This document shows, piece after piece, positions 49,674-63,163 of a stretch of DNA of 64,000 nucleotides. Positions within the stretch are counted from its first letter, which is position 1; each line of letters starts with the position of its first letter. This DNA is from the human T2T-CHM13v2.0 reference genome, Homo sapiens. The DNA lies in assembly GCF_009914755.1 (NCBI RefSeq), contig NC_060947.1; one strand, written 5' to 3'. The position numbers were made by a program, and so were the translations under genes. The notes under the pieces were generated by a model that saw nothing but the letters and a program-made list of their open reading frames with translations, had not been told where the DNA came from and ran no database searches.

Positions 49674-49885
49674 GAGGCAAATATCAAGATGGTGAATGCA
49701 TTCTAACTATTTGTGTATGTATATATATCCATGTATATATGCACACACACACAGCAATAAAGACAAAAAGTGAATATGCAAAACCAAAATGTGCTATTTA
49801 ATTATGGTAGAGGGATATGGGTTATTCCTTTACCTTGTGAAGTATTTTGATAGCTATATTTATCCAGTTAAAAAAAAAGCCACAG

Positions 49886-52800
49886 GAGGGTAGAGCAAGA
49901 TGGCTGAATAGAAAGTTCTACTGATCCCCCACTCCCCAGTAAGGACACCAAATTAACAACCATCTACATAGAAAAAGACACCTTCACAAGAACTAAAAAT
50001 CAAGTGATCACTCATAGTACCTTGTTTTAACTTAATATTGCTGAAAGAGGCACTGAAGAGATAGAATAAACATTTCTGAATTGACATTGCCATCCCCCCT
50101 CCACCCACCCCCTAGCAGCAGCCACATGGTGCAGAGAACATATCTGGGTACAGAGGAAGGGAGAACACAGCAATTGTGAGACATTAAACTCAGTGCTGTC
50201 CTGGTAGAGCAGAAATGAAAACCAGCTGACCCCCATACACAGAGGGAGCATTAAATCCCCTGGCCGGAGGGGAATCACGGATCCCAGCAGTGAGAACTTA
50301 AGTCCTCACAAACCTCACTGCCATGGGCTACAGCACTGTGTTTCTCCAAGTAAACTTGAAAGGCAGTCTAGGCCAGGAGGACAGCAACTCTTAGGCATGG
50401 CCCAGTGCTGAACAAGGCCCAGAGACAATGGACTTGGGGAAGCACACAACATACTGAGACATCAGCTGAGGCAGCCAAGGGAGTGCTAGCTTCACCCCAC
50501 CCCTAAAACGCACTTCAAAAGAGACCCCATCCTTCCACTTGAGGAGAGCAAAGAGTGGGGAGGAATTTGTCTTGCATCTTGGATACCAGCTCAGCCACAG
50601 CAAGATAGGGCACTGGTCAGAGTCGTGAGACCACTGTTCCAGGCCACAGCTTTTGGATCACATTTCTAGACACACCCTGGACCACAAGGGAACCCACTGC
50701 CTTGAACAAAAAGACCTAGTGTTGGCAGCATTCATCACCTGTTAACTGAAGAGACCTTGAGCCCTGAATAACCAGCAGCAATACCCAGGTACTATGTAGA
50801 GAGCCTTGAGTGAGACCCATGATTCATTTACCTCCACCTGGTCTCTCCCTTAACACATGGGGATCATGGGGATTATGAGGATTACAATTCAAGATGAGAT
50901 TTGGGTGGGGACACAAAGCCTAACCACATCATTCTGCCCCTGGCACCTCCTAAATCTAATGTCCCTTTCACATTTCAAAACCAATCATGCCTTTCCAACA
51001 GTCACTCAAAGTGTTAATTTATTCCAGCATTAACCCAAAAGTCCAAGTCCAAAGTCTCATCTGAGACAAGACAAGTCTCTTCCACCTATGAGTCTGTAAA
51101 ATTAAAAGCCAGGTAATTACTTCCTAGATACAATGGGGGTACGGGCATTGGATAAATATACCTATTCCAAATTGAAGAAATTGGCCAAAATGAAGGTGCT
51201 AAAGGCCCCATGAAAGTGAGAACTCCAGAGAGGCAGTAAAATCTTAAAGCTCCAAAAGGATCTCCTTTGACTCCATGTCTCATGTCCAGGTCACGCAGAT
51301 GCAAAAGGTGGGCTCACATGGCCTCGGGCAGCTCCACCCCTGTGGCTTTGCAGGGTACAGCCCCCGCTCCCAGCTGCTTTGACTGGTTGGTGTTGAGTGT
51401 CTGTGGCTTTTCTAGGTGCATAGTGCAAGCCGTCTGTGGATCTACCACACTGGGTTGTGAAGGATGGTGGCCCTCTTCTCACAGCTCCACTAGGCAGTTC
51501 CCCAGTGAGGACTCTGTGTGGGTGCTCTGACCCCACATTTCCCTTCCTCACTTCCCTAGCAGAGGTTCTCCATGAGGGCTCCGCTCCTGCAGCAAACTTC
51601 TGCCTGGCAGAATCCATGCTCTTAGATTAGAAGAATCAATATTGTTGAAATGTCACTACTACCCAAAGCAATCTACAGATACAGTGCAATCCATATCAAA
51701 ATACCAATGGCATTCTTCACAGAAATAGAAAAAAAATCCTAAAATTTGTATGGAACCACAATAGACTTAGAATAGCCAAAGCTATCCTGAGAAAAAAGAG
51801 TAAAACTGGAGGAATGACATTACCTGACTTCAAATTATACTACAGAGCTATAGTAATGAAAACAGCATGGTACTGGCATAAAAACAGACACATAGATCAA
51901 TGGAACAGAATGAAGAACCCAGAAATAAATCCATACAACTGCAGTGAACTAATCTTCAACAAAGGTGCCAAGAACATACACTGGGGATAGGACAGTCTCT
52001 TCAATAAATGATGCTGGGAGAACTGGATATCAATATGCAAAAGAATGCAACTAGACCCCTGTCTCCCACTGTATACAAAAGTCAAATCAAAATGGATTAA
52101 AGACTTAAATCTAAGACCTCAAAGTATGAAACTACTGCAAGAAAACATTGGGGAAAAAATCTCCAGGACATTGGTCTGGGCAAACTTTTCTTGAGCAGTA
52201 CCCTACAAACACAGGCAACCAAAGCAAAAATGGACAAATGATATTACATTAAGTTAAAAACCTTCTACACTGCAAAGGATGCAATCAACAAAGTAAAGAA
52301 ACAACCCACAGAATGGGAGAAAATATTTGCCAACTACTCATCTGACAAGGGATTAATAACCAGAATATAACAGGTGCTCAAACAACTCCATAGGAAAAAG
52401 TCTAATAATCTGATCAAAAAATGGGCAAAAGATTTTAATAGACATTTCTCAAAAGAAGACATTACAATAGCAAACAGGCATGTGAAAAGGTGTCAACTTC
52501 ATTGATCATCAGAGAAATACAAATAAAAACTACAATGAGATATCATCTCATCCTACTTAGAATGGCTTATATCCAAAAGACAGGCAATAATAAATGCTGG
52601 TGAGGATGTGGAGAAAAGGAAACCCTTCTGCACTGTTGAGAAGAATAGAAATTAGTACAACCAATAGGGAGAACAGTTTGGAGGTTCCTCAAAGAAACTA
52701 AAAATTGAACTACCATATGATCCAGTAACCCAAATTCTGCATATGTACCCCAAAGAAAGAAAATCAGTAATATTGAAAAGATATCTTCACTCCTATGTGT

Positions 52801-53415
52801 GTTGCAACACTGTTCACAAGAGCCAAGATTTGGAAGCAATGTAAATGTGCATCAACAGATGAATGGTAAATAAAATGTGCATAGACACAATGGAGTACTG
52901 TTCAACCATAAAAAAGAATGAGATCCAGTCATTTGCTTCAACATGTATGGAACTTGAGATCATGATTTTAAGTGAAATAAGCCAGGCACAGAAAGACAAA
53001 CATCACAAGTTCTCACTTATTGGCGGTATCTAAAAATCAAAACAATTGAACTCATGGACACAGAGAGTAGGATGGTTACCAGAGGCTAGGAAGAGGCTAG
53101 GAAGGGTAGTGGGATTGGGGTGGAAGTGGAGATGGTTAATGGATACAAAAAAATAGAAAGAATGAATAAGACCTAGTATTCAATAGCACAATAGGTTAGT
53201 ACACTCCATAATAACTTAATTGTACATTTTAAAATAACTTAAAGGGTATAATTGGGTTATTTGTAACTCAAAGGATAGATGCTTGAGGGTATGGATACCC
53301 CATTCTCTGTGATGTGTTTATTTCACCTTGCATGCCTGTATCCAAACATCTCATATACCCCATAAATATATACACCTACTATGTATCCACAAAAATTTTA
53401 AAAGTAAAAAAAATT
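49886..53415 (+). mobile_element. L1MA1/2-like element with both ends present but ORF1 and most of ORF2 missing
   Basis: 5' UTR start gagggtagagcaagatggctgaatag, ORF2 3' part from ~51610, L1MA-type 3' UTR and A tail. TSD AAAAGCCACAG at 49875-49885 and 53416-53426. Confidence 0.88.
50813..51608 (-). mobile_element. MaLR (THE1D/MSTA-like) fragment: 3' internal part plus the first ~120 bp of the 3' LTR
   Basis: The minus strand reads PPT-like caggggcagaa then TGATGTGGTTAGGCTTTGTGTCCCCACCC. Internal peptide RQKFAAGAEPSWRTSAREVRKGNVG. Confidence 0.88.
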
Positions 53416-54269
53416 AAAAGCCACAGTGACAGTGTTTTAATGAAACACTGGTTCTATTAAGCCATTAATATTTCTAAAATATTTCCCTAATTTGGAGAGA
53501 AAAAAACATGTTTTTAAGGTTGTATTGCAGCAGCATCTATGAGAAACAGACTTTGTGGCAGCAGACTATGTATGAACCTATGAATAAATGCGTCCTAAAT
53601 TCCCTCTCCCCTCTTCCACACTAGTTCAGTAGACCTGTGTGCTGTACCTGGCATCTTTGTTGTCATGACTGGTATAGTCAATTGTGAGTGTTGATGTAGT
53701 GAGTGACTAAAACAGTGAATTACCTTGGTGTGTTGTGGTTCTAATTTGATCTCCTGAGGAATGAATCTTTCATGCCTGGAAACAGTTGAAAATTTCATGG
53801 TGTTAAACCACAGCTCTACAACAGGGCCTCTATCCCTACTTAGCAACCCTGTTATCATCCATCCCTAGAGAACCCTGCCTGGCTTCCAGCTTCTTCTGAC
53901 CTCTGCTCCCCACACCTGGGGCCACCAGCTCCTCTACCTACAAACTCAGCCTTTTAAACCAAATCTGACCTCAAGTAAGGGAAGGTAAACATTTCAGCCA
54001 TGTACCTCATCGTGAGTACACTAATAACTTTTTGCACAGCTGTCTCTCTTAAATGGATCTTTGTTTTCTTTGTGCCTGGAGCTATGTATTAATAATGTGT
54101 GAAGTACTCCAACCCTCTCAGAGGTCCCTGTCTTGTTCTATCCAACACCTGGAAGCAGAGTCCGAACTCTGATCCTCAATCTAGAGTTTGTGATTCTGTT
54201 ATCTGCAGCAATAGCATCCTATCTGCTGTCCCTGACTCTGGAATTTCCCCCACCCTAATCACTACCACC

Positions 54270-54433
54270 AAGTCCATCTGAGGACCACTTGAATCTGAAA
54301 AAAATTATGTGTTCTAAAAGTGCGCATGCATGAGCTCCATACCCTCTTCTCTGGAGGTAAGAGCCAAGAATCTGCATCTTACAAGCTTCCCATGTTATTC
54401 TGAGAAACGCTTAAGTTCAAAAACCATTGTTCT
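54270..54433. mobile_element. MER5-like hAT MITE
   Basis: aagaatctgcatcttacaagcttcccatgttattctga...aagttcaaaaaccattgttct. Confidence 0.6.
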
Positions 54434-54449
54434 GGACAGCAGCTGGGCT

Positions 54450-55085
54450 CTTCCTAAAATTCAAATCTGACCACCTCACTTGCCTGCTTTAAAACTTCCA
54501 ATTGCTCATTACGTTTTGGTTTAATAAGTCCAAACTACTTAAAGCAGCTTGCATGGTCTTCCAGGACCTGGCTCCTATCTGCTTGTCCACCTTCATCTTT
54601 TATTGTTCCCTGTTGATCCAGTAATACCCAATTGCTGGTAGTTTTCTATACCTACTATACTGTCACAAGATTCCGTGTTTCTGCCTATTCCCTGTTTCCC
54701 TGGTGAATGCCCATTCTTCAAACTCTGCCCAAATGTCCTGTACCAACCCTGTAAAGCCTTTGCATACACAAATACACTCACACACACACACACACACACA
54801 CACAAACAACCACACATTCCCCAGAGTTAATTGCTCTCTATGCTTGTTGTGTACCTAATTTTGTTACTGCATTTTTTTCAGAAACACTGTATTTCTCTTA
54901 TTTATTTATACATCTCCTCTACCCACCTCCATTCACTACTCCACCCTCTCATAGGCTGCAAATTTTTCAAAGGCAGGGACCCTTAATAGTAATGACTTAA
55001 TATCATTAACCCTGATAATTCCAGTTAATAATCTCCATACTCAGAGTGTCTCACATATAATAGGTGCTCTGCAAATATTGACCAG
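54450..55085 (+). mobile_element. L2 3' relic containing (CA)n at ~54779-54804
   Basis: ctttaaaacttccaattgctc, aagtccaaactacttaa, aaggcagggacc, ataggtgctctgcaaatattg. Confidence 0.6.
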
Positions 55086-56665
55086 AACTCAGTTGCACTC
55101 CTTAAATCACCCAGATTCCAACCAAACTCTTCTGTGCACTGATCCATGGCAATCCTTCCCTGTCCTACCTCCTGACTTCTATGCATGCTGCTTCATCTCC
55201 ATAAAGTTCACTTACTCCACATGGCAAAATTAGATACATCTTCGAAGTCTTTCTCCCAGTGCACAACTTGTCTCTCTGTACCCCATCCCAACTGTTGTGA
55301 TTAACATGCTGTGAGTTTAACTTCATAGTTAATTGAGGGCCAGTAGTTACTCAACATCACATATTCTGGTCTTTACCTGAAACAGTGACTGCCACATAGT
55401 ACGTGCTCAACATTTAGTTAATGTATTAATAGCTGGCCATAGACATGATGTTCTTTTGCAAAGGCCATGAAATCTTATTTGATCAGCAACCTAAAAATGG
55501 TTTCTTTCATTCGGCAAAGGCTGCAAACAACATGTGACATGGATTTCACCATATATGGCTTCCCACTGTCAGTTCTTGATCACATGGTTGAATGAAATCC
55601 ATCATTTATTTTAGTATTTGATAATTCTGAAAAAAATAATTAGCTTCAAGTCTTCATGATTCATAGGCCACCATTTAGGAAGCATAAATACTGTTTCAGA
55701 TTTGAAAATTGATGCCTTTAGATGTTTTCTTGTGAATATTAAACTTTAACTTGTTTCACACTGAAAAGTGTTTTGGAATAAAAGGAAAAGGGTGGGAAAG
55801 AAGTCAATTAACGTTCCCTTGATCTCCTTCAACATCCTGATTGTAACCCAACAATATAGGTATTTCTGTCCCAGTAGATGTGAAGACAATGCAGCTATGA
55901 TATCTATTTCCACTTTAGAAATTTTTACAATGAGAACAAAAGGATATTAAGGATATTTCTCACTACCACTCAATAGTGGAAGAGTGAAGATTGAAATCCA
56001 AGTCTGACAGCCACCAAGACTATACATTTTCTACCTATCCAACTGCATCATATGCCTTGGAGCTGGTAATTTTTTACTAGTAGTAAGAACAATAATAAAA
56101 ATCCATCGTGAGACAAAACTTTTGAATGAAAGAGATTGATGTCTGAGCTTGTATGTGTGTGAATTCAAGGTGGTACTTTTATGGTAAGATCTGGAGGATG
56201 ACAGAGCTGACTAGGCAAAGGAGGATAGAGAGTGCATTACAGACAGTGAGAAAAGCATGTGAAAGTCCTTGCAGGCAGGAGAGAACATGGAATTTTAGTG
56301 GAACTAAAAGGGGAAACAAAAGGCAGACAAAGGTAGGAACTGGACAAATATTTGCATTCTTTGTCTTTGTCCTCTACCTCTGCATTGCTAAGCTACTCCA
56401 AGTTAGCACTGGGTCCAGCCACCTAAGGTGAAGAATATGCCTACACTCGGTTGCAAAGAAAACTGAGATAGCTGGTAAGATGAGCAAGAAAGTGGGTACA
56501 TGCCACAGTTCGTTTACCCTGGAAACTAACCCAACATGACAGAGAATTCCAGGCCCTTCATCTGTGATTCATCAAAACCATTCTGTGATTCCACGGAACA
56601 TCAAGGCTGTATGCCAGTATCTTCTAATAAAAGCTGCCCAGCTTCCTTCTTATCATGTCTATTTT

Positions 56666-56910
56666 TCTTTTTTTCTTTTGAGACGGAATCTTGCTCTGTC
56701 ACCCAGGCTGGAGTTCAATGGCGTGATCTTGGCTCACTGTAACCTCTGCCTCTGGGTTCAAGCAATTCTCCTGCCTCAGCCTCCTGAGTAGCTGAGAATA
56801 CAGGCACATGCCACCACACCTGGCTGATTTTTGTATTTTTAGTAGAGATGGGATTTCACCATGTTGGCCAGGATGGTCTTGATCTCCTGACCTCATGATC
56901 CACCCACCTC
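56666..56910 (-). mobile_element. 5'-truncated Alu (AluSc-like)
   Basis: Ends at gatccacccacctc, with TSD GTCTATTTTTC on both sides. Confidence 0.93.
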
Positions 56911-58729
56911 AATCGTCTATTTTTCAGTCTACTCTGAGTATCCATCACCTGAACTAAACCTAGAAGGGTCAGCCCACTCAGTTCCTAGGTTAATAAGGTC
57001 TTCTCTGTACATTCTCTATTTGGTCATGAATGGTGAAATGCAATCTCACAGGGCCACATTTAATATCAAATAGGCATAGATCACTGAATAATTATTGTTT
57101 TCTGAGCCTCTGTGCCTTCAACAATAGGGGAGTCAACACAGTGCTGACCTGTGAGGATTACAGTATAAACTGAAGTTGATCAAATCCTTGGGAACCCAAT
57201 CATCAAGAAAGAATACATTTAGATATGTCAAAGTTGTAACTCAAGGCCTGACAACAGAATAAGCTTTGTAGCCTTTCAGGCCCATCAATTTTCAATTCTT
57301 ATTCTTAAATAAATACTGTAAAATGATAATGTTAAATTTAACAATGATATGTGTAATCATTTTTCTTACAATTCAAAAGGAAAATTAATTTAAATATTGC
57401 TCCACTTGAAGTGCACAACTAGCAAAGTTTTGGAATGGTCCCAAGTACAGTTTCAGTCTTAGCTCTTCAAATAAAAGCAGACATATTTTTAGACAGTAGA
57501 ACTGACTGAGATGTAAGTGGTTTGCAGTTAAAGTAATTGCATATCTGGTAGTGGTAAGTGAATTACAGGAGTGACAAATGCTGGTACTTAAATAATTTGA
57601 GGCAAACAACGTCTCCCTTCTGCACTGAGTAGATTCAAATGAGAAGAAGACAGTAAAACATCTGCCTCATTTATTCTGCTCTTGTCTACATGGCTGAGGC
57701 CTGGTTCCTGGTTTGAGCTGAAGCACGCAATATAGGCAACAATGCCCTCCAAAAACCATCAGTAAAAGAGAAGTATGTCAAGACTGATTTCTAGCAGCAG
57801 CCAGCTTTGTTTTCTTAAAAGTGAAAAATATATATAATGAAAGTAGTGCTAAACATACAATATTTAACCTTGACAAAAAGAGTTTTTTCCTCATTTCAAT
57901 GAAAAAGGATTCCAATGTTCAAGGAATATGAAGAATACTGCTATAAAATTCTCCCGTCTGCCCAGAATGCTTTTTATTTCCAACTTTCCATGTCAGCATC
58001 CTTTCTAGCCTTCAAGGTCTTCTCAAATTTCACCTTTTTCTTCAACTCCTGTCACAGTGAATTTTCCCTCCCCTTGCTTTCTATAACCCTGGGTTATTGT
58101 CTAGTGATTATCATCCTACATTCTGTTAGCTACTCAAGGATTCATCTGTCTTCCCTAGTAAATCAGAAGGTCCTGAAAAACAGGGACCCGGATCCTTACC
58201 CCACCTCCAATATCTAAAATAGTTTCCGACACATAGCAGTATTTAATAGAGGCTTATTGAATTAGATACCAGAATTTAAAATCTTCTTTAAGCCAATCAT
58301 TCTGACATTTTTGCGGTAATAGTTTGAAGACTTATTGTGTCAACATGTGTATCGAAGAAACTATTTTTTAACAATTCGACTGACCCTATTAGTCAGAAAC
58401 CAATCAGCCATGGTGTGACCATGCAGCAGTATAAACCTAGGGGTCTACCTTCCTGAGTCTCTGTCAATCATATTCTTCCAGAAGGTCCCCAGCTGTTATG
58501 CTTGACAGCTTCATAGTTGAATAGGTTTGGGGATTGTTCTCCTGCCCATCTGGTAAACAGGACTTCTGTGTTAAAAGAAGGCAATCCATAACTTCCGAAG
58601 ACTTTTCTAGGGGGAGGAGGGGAGTAAACAACAAAAATTGCAAAAGAAAAATTCTGGTATTTTTCTGTTCTTTAAGTTTATAAATATCTATTTCTTATTT
58701 TTCTGTTTTTAAGTTTAGAAATATCTATT

Positions 58730-58957
<228 letters not shown>

Positions 58958-59711
58958 TAATAGCCTAAATAGCATTAACCTGCCCTTGAGAATAAATTAT
59001 GAACATAAATTTGTTTGATGTGTATTTTTAAATGATTACAGTCATTGCACTGGTTCCATTAAAATATGCAACCTGATTATTGATTAAATGCTTGTTTATG
59101 CATTTGGCTAAGCAAATAGGTTATGTAGCTTCATCAGCAACATTGCAGCTGGATCTCTGAAATATGAAATTGGATCAGCGTAATATAACTTTTTGCTAAT
59201 AAAATATGCAGAAAAGGTAACAAACTTTATACCCTGAGTATTAAACTTGGAGGCTCAGTCAGCATAAAATGTGATCATGTAAGTACACGGCAGGATCAGT
59301 GTAGGGTACCATGCAAGCCACACATTGTGCAGCATGATCCTCAAATGACACCCCTTGTTTCTCAATTTATCTGACACACTACAAAACTGAATCAAAAAGT
59401 AGAAATAGATACCTGTCCATATGACACTTATGGGTCTTTCAGAAGAGGAAGTTCTTTAAATCTTGTTTCTCTCTTCCTGAGATTTTGCTTGGAAAAATAC
59501 CTACACTTAGTGAAACTGGAAGAGTTGTATCTAAATATGTGTACAATTTAGCTAAAATTAGGCATCACTCAAAAAAAAATTGCCTTACACCCTTTTTAAA
59601 CTTTCTTTTGGATCAAAGGAGGTAGAAGCTTTTTACCTCTCCATCTACATAAATAATTGTTTGAAGGTCAGACAATCAGGAGGCTTTAGTCAAACAAAAT
59701 ATTATTAAATA

Positions 59712-60517
59712 CAGTCATGTGTCACTTATCAACAGGGATATATTCTGAGAAATGCTTCATTAGGCAGTTTTGTCATTGTGTGAACATCATAGAGTGTATT
59801 TACACAAACCTACATGGTGTAACCTACTACATAACTAGACTCTATGGTACAGCCTGTTGCTCCAGGCTACAAACCTGTACAGCATGTGACTGTACTGAAC
59901 ACTGAAGGCAATTAGAGCATAATGGTATGTATCTAAATAGAAAAGATACAGTAAAAATACAATATAGATGATTAAAAATGGTACCATTGTATAGGGAGGG
60001 TACTCATTATGAATGGTGCTCACAGGACTGGAAGTTGCTCTGGGTGAGTCAGTGAGTGAGGAGTGAATGAGTGTGAAGACCTAGAACATCACTGTACACT
60101 ACTGTAGATTTTATAAACACTGTACACTTAGGCTACACTACATTTATTTAAAACCTTTTTTCTTCAATAATAAATAAGCTTACTGTAACTTTTTAACTTC
60201 ATAAACTTAAATTTTTGACTGTTTTGTAATAAAACGTAGATTAAAACACGTGGTACAGCTGTACAAAAATATCTTTCTTCTGTCCTCATTTTATAGGTTT
60301 TATCTATTTTTAAAATTTTAATACATTTCTTTGTTTTTCATACCTTTTTCTTAAAATCTAAGACACAAAGACACATTAGCCTAGGTCTACATAGGGTCAG
60401 AATTATCAACATATCACTTGGTGACAGGAAGTTTTCAGCTCCATTATAATCTTATGGGACTACCATGATAGATGTGGTCCATTGTTGACCAAAACATCAT
60501 TATGCAGAGCATGACTG
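59712..60517. mobile_element. Tigger3-derived non-autonomous Tc1/mariner element (~806 bp)
   Basis: Terminal inverted repeats CAGTCATG.../...CATGACTG with a TA duplication on both sides. Confidence 0.9.
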
Positions 60518-61502
60518 TACTTAATAATTTGATTATTTAATTTAAAGTTATGTGATGCAGTGAGGCCACTGTACCTTAATCCAGGTATTGGCCTTATTTA
60601 TTCTCGAAGCATACTTCAGGATAAAGAAAGAAGACTTCTTTCTTTCTTCCATCAAAGATATTACTATGCCATCATCACTCTCTCTTTTACCTCTACCTTG
60701 TACATTACTGAGATATACAGTTGGATGAAAAGCTAAACCTTACCCCAGCCTGGGGAAATTTAGAAGTACAAATAAAATCCAAATATCTAACTCTTTCTTG
60801 AGGCTAGAAAATATTACAACATTTCTATCCTAAGATTTACATATTCCTTTTAAAGGTAACTCTCAAATATCCACATTTAAAAAATATTTTAAAAATCGCA
60901 TCCTCTTTTAATATTAACAACTTCTTTTATCTTTACCCTTCCTATTTGTAAGTTAGGTTTGCTCCCAAATTCATAATAATCATTATGTATAGATGGGGTA
61001 TTCAACTCTCAAAAAATCAATGCTGAACACAAAGAGATAAAGCAATACTATTCATTCAGTGTCTTGTGATGTGGTTTGTAAGGAATGCGTATGTGATCAT
61101 TTGCTTATAGCTTGTTAGTTTTAGGAATCTGTACCTATAATAGCAATATTGTTTTAACATCTTGAGGCAGAACCCCAGTACATTTTATTTTGGATTCTTA
61201 TATTTGGTCGTTTATCTATGTATGCTATGCTTTAGTCTTTTTCAGTTATTTTTTTCTTCCAAAATTGGATCTGCATGCATACATTTCAGCTGTTACTTGA
61301 ATAATCCAGTCTCACAAAAATCAGTTGAAAGATGTAAGTGTAGATTTACTGTGCTACTCTCTACTCCTCTGCCTGGTTGGCCTGCCTCAGGGTGATGGTA
61401 GGCATGGAGAGCAATCCAAATGGCAGGCTGTCTCAATCATTGTGAACTGCATACAATGTATCAGGCCAGTGAGCATCTCTTCTTCCAACCCAGGTTTCCT
61501 AG

Positions 61503-62305
61503 TGATAAGGGAGGGGGACAGGAAGTGCTGAGTAGAGTAGGGCAGGGTCTCTGGCGAGGGCTCCACCCTTGGGCCTCTGCCGACGGACCTAAATGAGAAC
61601 AGTCACTCCTGTTTTCATGCCCAAATGCTGCATTTTCCAAGACCACTCTTGTCTGTCATGCCTCCCATCCTGTGCCCATAAAAACCCAATACCCTAGCAG
61701 GCACAGACACGAGTGGCTGGACGTTGAGAGGAACAGAATAACACACCAACAGACACCAGCACACATCGCAGGCCATCAATGGTGGGATGGCATGGAACTT
61801 GGCTGGGGGAGATTGGCGTAGAGTCTGGCTGCTGAGCGGCCTGACTCCAGGGGAAGACCACCTTCCCATGCCATCTCCTTTCTGGCTCCCCATCCACCTC
61901 ACTGAGAGCTACCTCCACCACTCAAAAAATCCTTGCACCCATCCTCCAAGCCCAGGTGTGACACTAGGGCAAGAACCCGGGATACAGAAAGCCCTCTGTC
62001 GTTGTAATAAGGCAGAGGGTCTAATTGATCTGATTAATACAAGCCACCCAATTGAGCTGATTAACACAAGCCAGCCGCAGACAGCAAAGCTAAAAGAGCA
62101 CACTATAACACACGCTCACTGGTGCTTTGGGAGCTGTGAACACTTAACCTTTAGCACTGCTATGGGGTTGGAGCCCCAGAATGCTCCCCACAACCTGCTC
62201 ATCTGCATGCTCCCCCTAGGGATTTGAGCAGTGGGGCACTGAAGAGGCGAACCACACCCCTGTTGCACACCCTGCAAGTGGGATAAGGGAACTTCTCCCA
62301 TTTCA
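61503..62305 (+). mobile_element. Complete solo ERV1 LTR of the LTR1/LTR28/MER52 clade
   Basis: TGATAAGGG...CCCATTTCA termini, 4-bp TSD CTAG (61499-61502, 62306-62309), CATAAAA TATA-like box at ~61677, homology to 4291-5024. Confidence 0.9.
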
Positions 62306-63163
62306 CTAGTCTCTGGGGTTTCTTTCCAAGTACCGTTGCCAGAGTAAACCAGGGACGCAACAGGGATTTCTAACTCCATTAGTTTTAGCGAACACTGATT
62401 CCACCAAAATCAGAGAGAGGCGCAACAACGCAGTAAGTACCTGGAAGTCCTCTCAGGAATATAGGCTCAAGTTGACTCTTTTATACTTAAATTCCCTTTC
62501 GTGACATTTTTTTTTTTCTTCAGCATGTACCTCTCCCAAACTCCTTTCCTCAAAGAGGAACTCAATAGAACATGTGTCACTCCAGCCCCAACTATCGTTT
62601 ATTTTATTTACATGCAGTTTTCTTATTTTGATGCTATTAACATAAAAAGGAAGATCTAGTGCTAAAACAACGGAGAATGAAATATGGGCTGTGCAGCTTT
62701 GACCAAGACCTACAACCTCATGTATTCAGATTCTTATTCTCCTCTTGACCATCAGCATTCTTGTCATTAGAAGAATGCAAGCCGTTCCTCAGCTCTGTTT
62801 ACTCTGTATGTTTGTCTTTTTCCCCCGGAGGTCTCTGTGTTGCCTCAAGTTCCAGTTGACCTAAATAATTAGTCCTCAATTTACTAATTTCACTCCTATT
62901 TCTATTAACTAATCCAAATGCTTTTCTTTCCTCCTAGTCCATACTTTTCCTTTCTGATCTATTCTTTCCACCTAATATTAAGTCCATGTACTGACTGAAT
63001 GGAAAGAGCTCTGAATTATTAAGTCTTGTACATGTAATTTTAGTTTTTAATAAATGCAATTATAAAATAACAAAAGCAAACAAATATGATGATAATCTAA
63101 GACTAAAAAGTATTTTGAAAGGCAAAAACAAGATTGCTAATTTTTAAGTGGCAGTAATTAATA

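Larger units (their letters stand above)
48490..49840 (+). mobile_element. L1ME-like 3' relic interrupted by an Alu and an MLT1B
   Basis: actgctggtagcggtataaattg, gacccaataatttcactcttggg.atttatcctaaggaaataat, aaatgcccaataatggaga. Confidence 0.65.

Noticed and set aside
58374-58399. Small hairpin ctgac...gtcag
   Set aside because: The stem is too short to exceed chance.
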